64,000 bases of DNA from an uncultured Planctomycetota bacterium. GTDB taxonomy: Bacteria; Planctomycetota; Planctomycetia; Gemmatales; Gemmataceae. Of the stretch, positions 43,355 to 54,900 are shown one piece after another. The position numbers and the translations under genes were made by a program. Location: the NCBI GenBank assembly GCA_963849325.1, contig CAWKHF010000007.1, positions 576,001 to 640,000 of the forward strand. The letters run 5' to 3'. The notes below the pieces were generated by a model. It searched no databases. It was not told the origin of the DNA and saw nothing but the letters and a program-made list of their open reading frames with translations. The first letter of the stretch is position 1; every line of letters begins with the position of its first letter.

Positions 43355-46300
43355 ACGCCGCTGCCTTGGTAGAGGTGAAACGCCGCCGGATGGCGGCCCT
43401 GTCCATGCAGGTATTGCACGATCCGGCGGACCAGGCTGCCCTCGCGCTGAGCGGCGGTCTCGTCGAGATGATCGAGCGCCCCGTGCCACTGACTACGACG
43501 TGTCAGCGTGCCGGGATCGCCGAACAGGACCAGGCCGGACGCCGCCCGCGTCAGCGCCTGGGCGAGGACGTGCGGGTGATCGCCGTAGCTGACGGCGCGA
43601 TGCGTGTGGCTGCGCGTCAGGCCGACGAAAGCCAGCAGACATTCGCGCTGGCCGAACGCGGAGGGCAGTCCCACTTCGATGGGGAAGGGGCATTCGGCCA
43701 GGGCCGGAGTTTGGCGGATCAGGTGGCGGAGCAACTCGACCTGGGCGGGATAGAGGGCCATCACGGCCACGGCCGGGCCGGTCTCCGGGCGCGGGCAGCC
43801 GCACTCGGCCGACGACACGGCGCAGCCGTGCGCGCACGGCCAGGCGGGGCGCTGCCGCCAGCGCTCGCAGGCGGCGCGGAAGGCGCCGTCCCTCACCAGG
43901 GATTCGAGCCGCTTGAGCAGCGCTCGCGCTTCGAGATAGTTGACCAGCCCCTGACGCGGCAGGATCGCCCGCAGGTCGGCAGGCAGTTGCTCCAGCGGTC
44001 GATCGTCGGCCAGGTCCAGCTCCAGACCGGCGCCGCCCTTGACGGAACGCAGGCGCGGCGCGCGCACCGACACCACCGTCTGTCCGTGTCCGGTGTAGGC
44101 GTCGTGTACTTCGCCGCCGTTGCGGTGCGCGTCCGCCTCCCGGTGATGCCGCCCTTCTCCAGGCGACAGCGCCGGCACGGCGATAAATTCGATCGGCGCG
44201 ACGGCCGCCGCCACGTTCGCCGTCGTACACGCCGGTTCACAGACACCATCGAACAGCAGGTCCGACAGGAACCGGGCCAGCGGCGGCTCGAGACGATACG
44301 GCACCCGCAGCAGGACTGTGCGGCCGAGGTTGCGGAGTCCGAGACGTTCCCCGACCCACGACTCGGCTTTTTCGCGCGTCCAGCCGGCGACGCGGGCGAA
44401 TTGCAGACCGCACGTGTGCCAGAAGACAGAATCGTCGGAGACCGCTTCGCCCAACCCCGCGACGCGCGCGACCCGCTCGCGGACGCCCTCGGCCAACTCG
44501 ACCGTCACGGCGGCATCGTCGTTATCAGGAGCCAGGTCCAGGACCACCTCGTCGGCCGTTTCGCTCCAGTACAAAGCGCGGCCGCGCGTTTGCACGGCCA
44601 GTTCGTCGAGTTCCTGGAAGATGAACTGTTTGGCCTCACCGATGCTCGTGCAGGCGGGGAAGACGACCTCAAGGATTTGAGGGGCCTGGCGGGGAGTGGT
44701 GAGGATACGCAGCTCGATGTCCGGGCGATCGATAACCGGCTCGGACTCGATCGAATGAGGATGTTTGGCAGGGACCGGCCGCAGACGGCAGATGAGCCGG
44801 CCTTCGCGCTGCATCCACACGAAAGGCAGACGGTGCGGGTCGGCGTGCAAGTTCTGCCAGAGGCGCTGGAAGAAGCCGGGCCGAAGCACGGCGGGCGCGA
44901 CCAGCCGGCGCGGCGCTTGCGTCGGCTCGACGTCGGGCTGCGGTTCGCCGACCAGCACCCAGCGCCGCGCTCGCCGCGCGGCGGCGATGAACTCCGATTC
45001 CGTGACCTGATGCGCCTCTTCCAGGACCAGCAGGTCGAACTCCAGCGCCGGCGTCCCGTTGCGGGCGCCGAAATGAGCGTCGCCGGGAAGGGTCGTGGTC
45101 GTGGCCGCCACCACGTTGGCACAGCGGGCCAACTTCTCCGGCAAAGTGGGCAGTCCGTCCTCGACCACTTGCAGCCATTGCTCGACCGCCGCCGCTTGCT
45201 GCTCGTCCCGCTGGCGCTGCCTTTCCCACTCCGTCCGCGCGAAGTCCAACGCCGATCGGCTCATCTCCGCTGGGGCCGAATCCGGCGCCAGCTCCCGGCA
45301 GGCCGACCGCCACTGCTCCCGCAGAGCGTCTCGCTGACTGGAGACGGCGGCGATCTCGTTGTTCAACTCGGCCTGGCGGCGCAAGACCTCCGCCTCCTTC
45401 CGATGGCGGCACTCCTCCGCGTATCGGTCCTCGATCTCGGTGCGTTCGGCGAGCCGGGCGGCGATGTCCTGTTCGAGAAGGCCGCGTGCGGCCCGCAATT
45501 CGGCGCGGCGCGTCTCCAGATCGCGCGTCTGGTCGGCTAGGCCGCCGTGCGTCACGGCGCGCCACCACGCCCCGGTCCAGAAACGTCGCGCCTGCCGGGC
45601 CTCGGCCAACGGCCGAATCCGTTCCCATTCGTCTTCGAGATGGCCCTGCTTGGCCGCGATCATCTCCAACTCGGATCGCAGACCCGCCAACTCGGTGTCC
45701 AGACGTTGCCGCGTCTCCGACTGCCGTTCGTGGAACGGGGAGCCTGGATCTTCGTCAGCGTCCACTTCCGCGGCGAGGCCGCTTCGACGTTCGGTCAGGA
45801 TTCGCAAGCGCTCCGCCGTCCGTTCCTCTTGCTCGGAGAGGTCTTCCAGGCGCACCCACACGGATTGCTCGCGCAGCCGGGCGGCGACGGCCTGCCGGGC
45901 GGCATCCCGTGCCGCGCGGGCGGCGGGCAGCGTCTTCTCGCGGTACCAGCGTAGGCGCTCCGCCAGAGTGAAGCGGACAATGCCGGCGGGTAATGTCTCC
46001 AGAGATTCATCCGTGGACAGACAGCGGAGGGGGCAAAGGTCTGGGTTCGTCCCGAGTCGTTCCAGCACGCGATCGAGGGCAGCGGTGCTCGGGGCCAAAA
46101 AGAGGATGCGTTCGCCGCGCCGGGCCGCCTGCAAGAGGATTTCCGTGACGACGCGCGACTTGCCGGTGCCGGGGTAGCCCTGGAGGAGACAGACATCCGG
46201 TGTGGCGATGGCCCGCGCCACCGCGTCGCGCTGCGTGGCATCGAGTTCGCGGTCGAGACAATCCAGGACGGGTGGGTGCAGAGACCCCAACTCCTGGAAA

Positions 46301-46524
46301 GAGCCGCTGAGCAGGCCGGAGAGCGGGGTCGAACGCGGTGCGGCGGAAGCAGCGGGGACGGCCAGCTGGTGCGCGTAGAGGATGCCTTCGTAGACGGCCC
46401 GGTCCAGCGCCTCGCGCCGCTGGACGGGCGAGGCGAGGTGATACCATTCTCCCCACAGGGAGGCATCGCGGAGGGCGGGCTGCGCGGACCCTTCGTCCAG
46501 GGTATGCCGTTCCCGTTGCGTCAT
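43351..46524 (-). CDS. SF1 Upf1/DNA2-like (AAA_11/AAA_12) helicase with coiled-coil insertion, partly degenerate motifs
   Basis: LDATQRDAV, QGYPGTGKS, FLAPS, LVLEEAHQ, VLVGE, YRL, NYLEA, LYPAQ, ALTRA; GAGG RBS before ATG 46524. Confidence 0.85.
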   Translation of the reverse strand: MTQRERHTLDEGSAQPALRDASLWGEWYHLASPVQRREALDRAVYEGILYAHQLAVPAASAAPRSTPLSGLLSGSFQELGSLHPPVLDCLDRELDATQRDAVARAIATPDVCLLQGYPGTGKSRVVTEILLQAARRGERILFLAPSTAALDRVLERLGTNPDLCPLRCLSTDESLETLPAGIVRFTLAERLRWYREKTLPAARAARDAARQAVAARLREQSVWVRLEDLSEQEERTAERLRILTERRSGLAAEVDADEDPGSPFHERQSETRQRLDTELAGLRSELEMIAAKQGHLEDEWERIRPLAEARQARRFWTGAWWRAVTHGGLADQTRDLETRRAELRAARGLLEQDIAARLAERTEIEDRYAEECRHRKEAEVLRRQAELNNEIAAVSSQRDALREQWRSACRELAPDSAPAEMSRSALDFARTEWERQRQRDEQQAAAVEQWLQVVEDGLPTLPEKLARCANVVAATTTTLPGDAHFGARNGTPALEFDLLVLEEAHQVTESEFIAAARRARRWVLVGEPQPDVEPTQAPRRLVAPAVLRPGFFQRLWQNLHADPHRLPFVWMQREGRLICRLRPVPAKHPHSIESEPVIDRPDIELRILTTPRQAPQILEVVFPACTSIGEAKQFIFQELDELAVQTRGRALYWSETADEVVLDLAPDNDDAAVTVELAEGVRERVARVAGLGEAVSDDSVFWHTCGLQFARVAGWTREKAESWVGERLGLRNLGRTVLLRVPYRLEPPLARFLSDLLFDGVCEPACTTANVAAAVAPIEFIAVPALSPGEGRHHREADAHRNGGEVHDAYTGHGQTVVSVRAPRLRSVKGGAGLELDLADDRPLEQLPADLRAILPRQGLVNYLEARALLKRLESLVRDGAFRAACERWRQRPAWPCAHGCAVSSAECGCPRPETGPAVAVMALYPAQVELLRHLIRQTPALAECPFPIEVGLPSAFGQRECLLAFVGLTRSHTHRAVSYGDHPHVLAQALTRAASGLVLFGDPGTLTRRSQWHGALDHLDETAAQREGSLVRRIVQYLHGQGRHPAAFHLYQGSGV

Positions 46525-46984
46525 CGACTTCCTCAGGTGCAATCCGTCGGGTGGCCCCGTTCGCCGCCGCGGAACCCGGAGCGAACCCGTGCCCGGGCCA
46601 GCGCCGTCGCGCCGCCCCTCACGTCCAGCCGGGGACCGATCCATCTGTTCGATCGCCACCGCGGTTCACTGACTGTTATCATGCGATTTATTGCTCGATG
46701 CGCCTACTGATTTCCGGACGGCAGGACCGTTCGGGAGGGTCCGGCAGCGGGGCGACGACCAATCGACACCTCCCGCCGGAGGACAGGTCAAGCTCCGCCA
46801 AGACACTCGGAGGACAGAGGCCGCACCAAGGAGGTTCGCCTCCCGAGGGGAACGTCTCGTTCCGCTACGCTTGCGCCGGACGGAATTCCGACGCGATTCT
46901 CGACCGTCCGTAGTATAGACGGAGCAAGCCCGGCAAGCTATGGAAATGCCAGGTGTTTTCGTGGAAATTACTCCCTGGGATCGG

Positions 46985-48502
46985 CTATTCGCCCGCCTCG
47001 GTGCGGAGTACGGTGATAGTCATTCTCCCCAAGATGCGGTTGGCGGGCAAGAGCGGCGTCAGCGACTGCGTCTGATGCCAGGAATGATCGGCGATCTTGA
47101 CGTGGGCGGCGCTGACGCCGCCTCGGCCAAGCGTGGCATCCAGTCCCAGCCATTGGCCGTCGATCCGGACCTCGGTCCACATGTGGAAACCCATCATCGG
47201 ACGCCGGCCTTTCTCGACGTAGAGCAGTCCGATGGCGGTGCGCGCCGGCACGCCCTCGGCCCGGCACAGGGCCGCCGTCAGCAGAGCGTATTGACGGCAA
47301 TCCCCACGCAGCTGACTGGCCACGTCGCTCGCCGGTCCCAGGGCGACGGCATTGTCCGGCCGCATGCTCTGCTTGACCCAGCGTTCGATACGGCGCGCCT
47401 TCGTCCACGAATCCGTTTCCGTACCGACCGCTCGACGGGCCAGGTCCTTCACGTGCGGATCGTCGCAGTTGATGAAGGGACAGGATTCCAGATATTCCGC
47501 CGGGGCCGTCTCGGTGTTGCGGCGTTCCGGCCGGCGCGGCGGATGAACGTGCAGCTCGAACGTATCGCCCCGGAGGTTGCGGATTTCCTGATGGTCGTCG
47601 CGGGCCAGGGCCGAACCCGGATCGTCAACGCCGCGCAGGGTGACGCGGTAGACGACGGAGCGCGTGGCATAGGGGTTTGCCAGGGGGCGGTCAAGCGGGA
47701 TCAGTGTTTTCAGGCCGATGTCGGCGACTCGGCCCGGTGTCGCCGGAGCCGTCGCCGCCGCGCGGCGGGTGCGCGTCAGAACAACCGTGCCCAGGCCGTC
47801 CAGCTCGAACTGCCGACGAATCGGAGTGAAATGATCGTCCAGCCACCACACCACCGCCGGCGGCTTCACCGTGACCCCCGGCGCCTCGATCCGATCCGCC
47901 GTCATCTCGACGCGCAGCAACTTGCCGGCGCCGGCCGGAGATGCTACCTCTTCGCGCTCTTTGACGGCGACGCGGATGGTGAGGACGGTGTTGTAGGTCG
48001 GTTCGTAGCGGAGCAGCGTGAAGCGATCGCCCGGCTTCGGCCGGCGCTGCGCAAAGAGATGTTCCATTCGATACAGGCCGACCACGTCGTCGTTCCAGCC
48101 GATGCGGCGATCGATTCGTCCATTATCGACGCGGACGTGCAGGCGGCCGTCCTCGACGGTGCCGGTGAGCACGAGTTGACGTCCTCCGTCCTGTCCCTGG
48201 CGCAGGAATACGCCGACCACCTTGCCTTCCGGTGTCTCTTCGGTACCGTGCTCTCGGCGCAGGTGCAGCAGGGCGTTGTAGCGCTTGAAGGTCAGATCCA
48301 GCTCGACGGTGGCACGGAGGCGCTCGCCGTCGTCCACCTTGCGGATGCTGAGGTGCTGAAAGCCGACCCGCGTACCCTCGACGTGCGCGCTCTCCCAGAT
48401 CTCCTCGACCAAACTAGCCGGCGCATCCGCTCGCAAGAGCGCGGCCGGCCCGATCGTCAGACCCATCCCGACAAGCAGCGCCGCCCGCACGGTGATCGTC
48501 AT
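46985..48502 (-). CDS. Secreted transglutaminase-like protein
   Basis: Signal peptide; GDCRQYA, FHMWTEV, LDAT (Cys-His-Asp triad). Confidence 0.9.
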   Translation of the reverse strand: MTITVRAALLVGMGLTIGPAALLRADAPASLVEEIWESAHVEGTRVGFQHLSIRKVDDGERLRATVELDLTFKRYNALLHLRREHGTEETPEGKVVGVFLRQGQDGGRQLVLTGTVEDGRLHVRVDNGRIDRRIGWNDDVVGLYRMEHLFAQRRPKPGDRFTLLRYEPTYNTVLTIRVAVKEREEVASPAGAGKLLRVEMTADRIEAPGVTVKPPAVVWWLDDHFTPIRRQFELDGLGTVVLTRTRRAAATAPATPGRVADIGLKTLIPLDRPLANPYATRSVVYRVTLRGVDDPGSALARDDHQEIRNLRGDTFELHVHPPRRPERRNTETAPAEYLESCPFINCDDPHVKDLARRAVGTETDSWTKARRIERWVKQSMRPDNAVALGPASDVASQLRGDCRQYALLTAALCRAEGVPARTAIGLLYVEKGRRPMMGFHMWTEVRIDGQWLGLDATLGRGGVSAAHVKIADHSWHQTQSLTPLLPANRILGRMTITVLRTEAGE

Positions 48503-48771
48503 GCGCCTCTTCTCCGTGGTGCCCTTCGTCCCGCCGAACGTTCCCTGGTCATCATAACCGCCATCATCGCGGGACCAACGCCAAGAACGTCGGAAGAGAC
48601 ACGGCCAGGGACATCGGTGTTCCGTCTGCGCGGAAGAAGCGGAGAATTCGCGCGGCGTGTTGGCTCCGGCGGAAATCGCATTCTATAGTTCAGCAGGCGA
48701 ACGCGATCCCCGCGGCCCGATGCGACGACGACGACAGCTCCCCTTTCTCCCTTTCCGAGCAAGGTGCAGAC

Positions 48772-49398
48772 GTGAGTTCCGAGAAATTGACCGCCCATTT
48801 GCGGGTGGATCGGTATGGGGATTTCCAGCTGACCGACGCCATTCGGCCGGCGCTGCACGTGCCGGTTGTGCCTCGGCAGGGTTTCCGCGTTGACGTCTAC
48901 CGCGACGCACGGGCCGGCCTGCGCGTGCCGGTGCTGGCCGCGGCCATCTCACGCGAACAGCTCTTCGACGTCTTTCTGGCGCTGCTGGCGCCCTTGGGCG
49001 ATGCGGTGGACGTGGTGCTGGAGACCAGCCATCACAGCGACGGCACCGGCCACAAGGATCTGTACCGCGAGCACATCGATCTGCCGGTGTTGATGAGCTA
49101 CTTCTGCGATTACGAAGAACTGCTACTCAACGACGGATGCACTGGCGCGGCGGTCATCGCGCGGAGTGGGCCGATGGAAGTGCAGTTCGACGAGCACAAA
49201 CTGTTGGTCGTCTACGCCCGCGACCTCGCTCCCTTCGAGCGCATCCTGCACGACTTCGGCATCGCCCGCAACGACGCCCTCCAGCTCATCACGGAGGGCG
49301 AGCACTTGCACAGCACCGATCCGCTGCACCTGGATCAATTCGAGCAGCTGTGCTGCCGCCTGGGCATCGGCGAACCGGCCGAACACGTCAACTGGTGA
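48772..49398 (+). CDS. Hypothetical protein
   Basis: Strong coding bias; DVVLETSH, LLNDGCTG, EVQFDEHKLL. Confidence 0.8.
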   Translation: MSSEKLTAHLRVDRYGDFQLTDAIRPALHVPVVPRQGFRVDVYRDARAGLRVPVLAAAISREQLFDVFLALLAPLGDAVDVVLETSHHSDGTGHKDLYREHIDLPVLMSYFCDYEELLLNDGCTGAAVIARSGPMEVQFDEHKLLVVYARDLAPFERILHDFGIARNDALQLITEGEHLHSTDPLHLDQFEQLCCRLGIGEPAEHVNW

Positions 49399-49407
49399 GA
49401 GAAGACC

Positions 49408-49556
49408 AAGACATTCACCACGGAAAACACGGAAGACACGGAAAAGAAAGACAGACGAAATAAGGGAATGCCCGGAGAGGTGCCTGGGTTCGACCTATTC
49501 TCTTCTGTTTTTGTCTTTTTTTCCGTGTCTTCCGTGTTTTCCGTGGTGAATGTCTT
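49408..49556. repeat. Inverted 9-mer tandem cassette (CACGGAARA)3
   Basis: AAGACATTCACCACGGAAAACACGGAAGACACGGAAAA ... exact reverse complement, between convergent genes. Confidence 0.95.
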
Positions 49557-49565
49557 TGTTTTGCT

Positions 49566-50912
49566 TCAGGGTAGAGGTAGATCCTTGAACTCGAAGCGGA
49601 CCAGGTGTTGCATCGTCCTCCAACTCTGGAAGACGAACTTGCTCGGCGGGCCGACCTTGGCGTTGCCCTGCGCCCCATAGGTGAGCGTCATCTGCACGTT
49701 GTTCGGCGAGCTATTGCCCCAGCTGGAGCCGAACACCCCATACTTGTTACCCTTGTCGTCCTGCAATTCGATGCGCTGGAACAGCGTGTTCATCCACGTC
49801 CAGTCGTTGGGATTGTCCTTGTTGTCCTCGGTGACGGTCAGCTTGACCTGGTACTGCTTGTTGGCCAAGGCGGTGACGTCCTCGAAATGGAAGGTGGTGC
49901 TGCCGACGGTGTTCTTCTTGCCCTTGGCCTTGAGGATGTTGTCGGCGACGACCACCGGCTTCTGCTCGACGAGCAAGGTGACGGGGAGGACGCCACGGAC
50001 CAGCTTGACACGGTTGGCCCGCTCGGAGCGGCGGTGGAGGTTGAGCTGGCCCTGCTGCATGTACGAGCGGTTGCCGTTGCCGTAACGGCTGATGAAACGG
50101 TGTCCCCCGAAATTACCACCCGGGAGCATCCCTCCCGCGTTGGCGCCCATGGGGATGGGCAGGAGCATCGAGTTTTTATCGTTGTCGTAAGCGGCGGTCA
50201 GGCGCGCCTCGCCAATGCCCAGCAGTGGGATGCGCGGTTCGGAGAACAACAGAAAGCTCAGGGTCAGGCTCTCATTACGCTGCGGCTGCGCTGCGCCGCC
50301 GACCAGCCCGAAATCCAGGTGGCGATACATCTGGAAGCCGGTGGGCACGAAGCGGAAGGCGCCCTCGTACTGGACGTGCGGCGTATGGCCGCCCTGGTTC
50401 TGCAAGATGATGCGCTCGTCGCCGTAGCTGTGCTGGAGCACCAGGTTGGCCTCGCGGCAGATACGGTCCAGCGCCTGCCAGAAGGTAACATCCTCGAACT
50501 CGAAGCGGTACGTCTGCTGGGTCTTGTCCGGGGTGGTCCAGAACTCGATCTTGTAGCCGGTCTGTTTCGTTATCTCGTCGAAGATGGAACGGAGGGGCTG
50601 ATCGCTCTTTTTCAAGGTGACGCGCCGAGGGGAGACGAAGTCGGCGATTTCGAGTTGCGGGATGAGATCGTGGGCGCGACGGCGGATCTCGGCGTCGGGA
50701 TGGCCGAGCGCCTTTTTCAGGACGGGCAGGGCCTTGGCGCCCTCGGCTTCGAGCAGCCGCGCCGCCTCGTCGCGCTGGCGGTAATCGCTGTCGCCGAGTT
50801 GCTCGACGAGCCGTTCGAGCCGCGGCGCCGCCGGCGCGGCGGGAGGCGCGGCGGTCGCCTGCGCATTCAGGCCAAGACTCAGCACGGCGGTCAACAACAG
50901 GAGCTTCGGCAC
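49566..50912 (-). CDS. Secreted HEAT-repeat / STN-like domain protein
   Basis: Signal peptide after GAGGAG; LVEQLGDSDYRQRDEA...DAEIRRRA; VTLKKSDQPLRSIFDEITKQTG. Confidence 0.8.
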   Translation of the reverse strand: MPKLLLLTAVLSLGLNAQATAAPPAAPAAPRLERLVEQLGDSDYRQRDEAARLLEAEGAKALPVLKKALGHPDAEIRRRAHDLIPQLEIADFVSPRRVTLKKSDQPLRSIFDEITKQTGYKIEFWTTPDKTQQTYRFEFEDVTFWQALDRICREANLVLQHSYGDERIILQNQGGHTPHVQYEGAFRFVPTGFQMYRHLDFGLVGGAAQPQRNESLTLSFLLFSEPRIPLLGIGEARLTAAYDNDKNSMLLPIPMGANAGGMLPGGNFGGHRFISRYGNGNRSYMQQGQLNLHRRSERANRVKLVRGVLPVTLLVEQKPVVVADNILKAKGKKNTVGSTTFHFEDVTALANKQYQVKLTVTEDNKDNPNDWTWMNTLFQRIELQDDKGNKYGVFGSSWGNSSPNNVQMTLTYGAQGNAKVGPPSKFVFQSWRTMQHLVRFEFKDLPLP

Positions 50913-51137
50913 GGGCGTAACCTCCTCAATCAATGAAGACGGCCCCATTCGGATCGTGCTGTGAATGATACCCCGCCCGGCCGCTGTCCGGCAAGGAAAA
51001 CCTTGTCCGCGCCGGCGGGGAGTTCATTATCCTGTTCTCCGAGGCGAAAAGACGGAGATAGGAAAAATCGTTGACCGGGGCGAGCATCGGAGGTACAAAC
51101 AAACCATCCACTCGGCTTGTGGTGGAGGAGGTTCCTC

Positions 51138-51957
51138 ATGATGGCCTGCACTCGTTCGCGCGTTGGTTTGCTGGCGTTGCTGATCGTCCTGGGTGGGCTG
51201 ATGTTGGCCGTGGTGCCACGCCCGCAAGCCGCGCCGCTGCCCGACAAGGCGCGCCAGGAGACGTCCGCTCCCCGCGTCTACGCTCTCTTGGATGTCGGCA
51301 CGGGAAGGAAAGGGTTCACGAACGATCTCTTCCCCGAAGACACTCACCGCCAAATGGAACGAAGGTCCTTTAAGAGTAGCACCCTCCGCCAAGAGGATTC
51401 TACGCAGGGCTGGAATTCAAATTCGTCCGCCGTTCAGTGACGCGAACTTCGCTCTTCTCGGAGCCCTTCGCGATCCCAAGGTTGTCAACCTGCAACTGGA
51501 GAAGAAGCACTCGGACGCGCGTGACTGGATGGATCGGAACCTCCGTTCCGAGTACATCGGCAAGACCTCCGTGCTGCGCATCTGGCTGGCGGATGGCTCT
51601 CCCCATGAGCAGGTCGGCCTCCTCAATGCTCTCCTCCGTGCCCATCTCCATCACGGGATCGAACTGGAACGGGCAATATTCACAAGAAGGCTGGATGAAT
51701 TGAGAGTTAATTACTCTGAAAGTATCTCTTTGATGCAGAGGCGAGAAGCCGAGCTACTCGAGTTGAACAAGGTCGTGTCGCACGACGAGGACGAGCAGCG
51801 GGATCTTGAGTTCCGGCGTTCCCAGTTGAGAGATAGTCTTGCTGCCAGGAGGGAAGCGGTGCGGCATGTCCAACTCCGCATTGAAGAATGCCAGGACCGC
51901 ATCCGCTCCCTGCCTCATGTGCTGAGATGGGCGAAAAAGCCAGGGCCGGCGGAATAA
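51138..51957 (+). CDS. Secreted protein resembling the periplasmic segment of Wzz/Wzc co-polymerases, frameshift probable near 51300-51400
   Basis: GGAGG RBS, signal peptide AAPLP; ALRDPKV...WMDRNL...VLRI...LLNALLRAHL then coiled coil. Confidence 0.55.
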
Positions 51958-51998
51958 TTAGCCGGCCCGTTGTGGCCGCGTGCCTTCGCCCGGTGCCT

Positions 51999-54900
51999 TC
52001 AAGACTCTGGTGTAATCAACTTTAGGATGCCTTTTTCCCAAGAGTTGTTATCGATCCATATACTTGGACGAGTATCCGGAATCTCCAAGGAGTAGTCGCT
52101 GTTGGTCCCGGGGCTGAACAAGATCGACCATTGCTTGCCCAAGGCGAGCTTGTCTACATTATCGACAATCACCTTGAGGGTGGCTCCCTTCAGAAATTGC
52201 AGCGGCCCTGCCCCTACAACTTCCAAGAACGTCGGATTCTCCCGAGGCATTACCATTGATCTTGGCATCATATTCTCCCCCCATGACAAGGTTCCCTCTA
52301 ATCGTCAGCCAGCCGTAGCCGGCGCCTTGACCCAGTACGATACTTCCTCCGTAGATCGTACCTTTACTCCCGACATTCAATTCGTTCACGAGTTGATCAT
52401 CCGTCGTCAGCTTCCCGCCCTCCTGGCTATAGTTGTCATTGAGATAGAGAACGACATGACCTTCCAGTTCTAGAGAGCCACCCGTCATGTCGAAGCTCGT
52501 GTTTCTGGTCAAGCCGTTCAGACCCTTGATGTTGAGCTGAGCTTCCGGTTGTTTGTTGCCAACGCCACCGCCATTGACGACGAACTTGCCCGAGTTGGAG
52601 ACGGGAATTTGGATCGTGGTCGTCGCGCCAGGTGCCCCCGTATAAACCACCGTTCCCATGTTGTTTAGTAACCCGCCGTCCCTATAGTCCGCAGTGATGA
52701 GCGTCGCGCCGTCGCCGCTACCGTCCAATTTCAGGGTGCTGGCCGGGGAAACGATTATGCTGGCGGAACCGTCGAGCTGGAGCGGCTTACCGGTGGCGAT
52801 GGCCAAAGTGCCCCCATAGACAAGGTCGAATTCGGTCGTACTCATCATGCTGTAATTGCCCCCGATGTTCATCGAGGCCGCATCCTCGATCCCGAATCCT
52901 CCTTGGCCGGAGAAGTTGAAGTTGGTGAGCTTGCTGGCGCCGCTCTGCACGGCCAGGATGGAGGTATTGGCCGCGAAGTTCACGTTCAGGGTGGATTTCG
53001 CGTCCTCAATGATGGAGCCGGTATCGGTCACTTCCATACCAGCGTTAATCGTCATCTGTGCCGTGTAGCCGTTTTGCAGAGTGATTGACGTCGGGGAAAT
53101 GTTTTTGTCCCACTGGATGGCCTGGTTGGTCGCGTTGGCCTCGCCGTCGAAGACGGCAGGCTTACCGTTCGGCACCACGCCCCCCGTCCAGTTATTGGGG
53201 TTGCTCGCTAAGTTGTTCACGCCGGCCGGCTTCCAGATATTCTGCCCCGGCGGCGGCGGCGGAGGGGCCGCCAGGACGTTCAACACGGCGAACACCGGCT
53301 GGGAGTTCTCCGCGCCATCGCTGTCCTGATACTCGAAACTGTCCGTGCCCGTGTAGCCGGTGTTGGGCGTGTAGGTGAACGAACCGTCGGGGTTCAGTTG
53401 CAGCGTGCCATCGCTGGGACCGCTGACTAGGCTCGCCGTGAGTTGATCGCCGTCGGCGTCCGTGTCGTTGGCCAGGACGCCCGCGAAGGCGTTCACGGTC
53501 AAAGGCGTGTTCTCGGTTACGTCGTAATTGTCGGCGTTGGCCACCGGCGCATTGTCCGTCACATTGATCGAGACCGTGGCCGGGCTCGACGTTGCGCGCC
53601 GTCGCTGGCCTGGTACTGGAAACTATCACTGCCGACGTAACCCTGGTTGGGGACGTAGGTGAACGAGCCATCGGGGTTGAGGCTCAGCGTGCCGTGGCTG
53701 GTCCCACTGCCGACCAGGCTGGCCGTCAACGGATCGCCATCGCTGTCGCCGGCATAGCTGAGCACGCCCTGCGCCGCATTCACGCTGAGCAACTGATCGT
53801 GGAGCGTACTGTAGTTGGCGTTACTGGCGGTCGGGGGATTGTCGCTGTCATGCACGTTGAGCGTCACCGTGGCCGTGTTGGAGTATTCGGCGCCGTCGAA
53901 AGCGGTGTAGGTGAAACTGTCCGTGCCGGTGAAGCCGCTGGCGGCCGTGTAGGTGAACGAGCCGTCGCTGTTCAGTTGCAGCGTGCCGTTGCTGGGACCG
54001 CTGACCAGGTTGGCCGTCAAGGTGTCCTCGTCGGCATCGCTGGCGTTGGCGAGCACGCCTTCGGCCGCCGTGACGTTGACCGTCGTGTTGGCGGGGATGC
54101 CGTAGCTCAGGTCGGACACCACTGGCGCCGAGTCGGTGACGACGATGCTCACCAAGATCGGGTCGCTGCTGAGGCCGCCATCGTTGGCCGTGTAGAGGAA
54201 ACTATCGCCGCCGACGTAGCCGGCGTTGGGCGTGTAGGTGAACGAGCCATCGCCATTCAGTTGCAGCGTGCCGTAGCGGGGACCGCTGACCAGGCTGGCC
54301 GTCAGTGTCCCGCCGTCGCTGTCGCTGTCATTGGCGAGTACGCCGGTGGAGGCATCCACGCTGAGCACGCGGTCATGCACGACGTTGTAGCTGTCCGGAA
54401 CCGCCGTCACGGTCGGCGTGGGCGTGGGCGTGGGCGTCGGTGTGGGCGTCGGTGTCGGTGTGGGCGTCGGCGTTGGCGTTGGCGTAGGGGTTGGAGTGGG
54501 TGTGGGTGTCGGTGTCGGCGTCGGACCACCGTTGGTCGGATAGGTGGGGCCGCCATTGGTCGGATAGGTGGGACCGCCGTTGGTCGGATAGGTGGGACCG
54601 CCATTGGTCGGATAGGTGGGTCCGCCGTTGGTCGGATAGGTGGGGCCGCCGTTGGTCGGATAGGTGGGACCGCCATTGGTAGGATAGGTGGGGCCGCCGT
54701 TGGTCGGATAGGTGGGACCGCCATTGGTAGGATTGGTGGGTCCGCCGTTGGTCGGATAGGTGGGGCCGCCGTTGGTAGGATTGGTGGGGCCGCCACCCTT
54801 CGTAGGACTGACGGGGCCGCCGCCGTTGGTAGGACTGACGGGGCCGCCGCTGCTGGTCGTACTGCCACCACCGCCGCTGCCGCTCGTAGGGCTGACGGGG

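Noticed and set aside
54531-54794. 24-nt tandem array as CRISPR or ncRNA
   Set aside because: No unique spacers; encodes in-frame GGPTYPTN repeats
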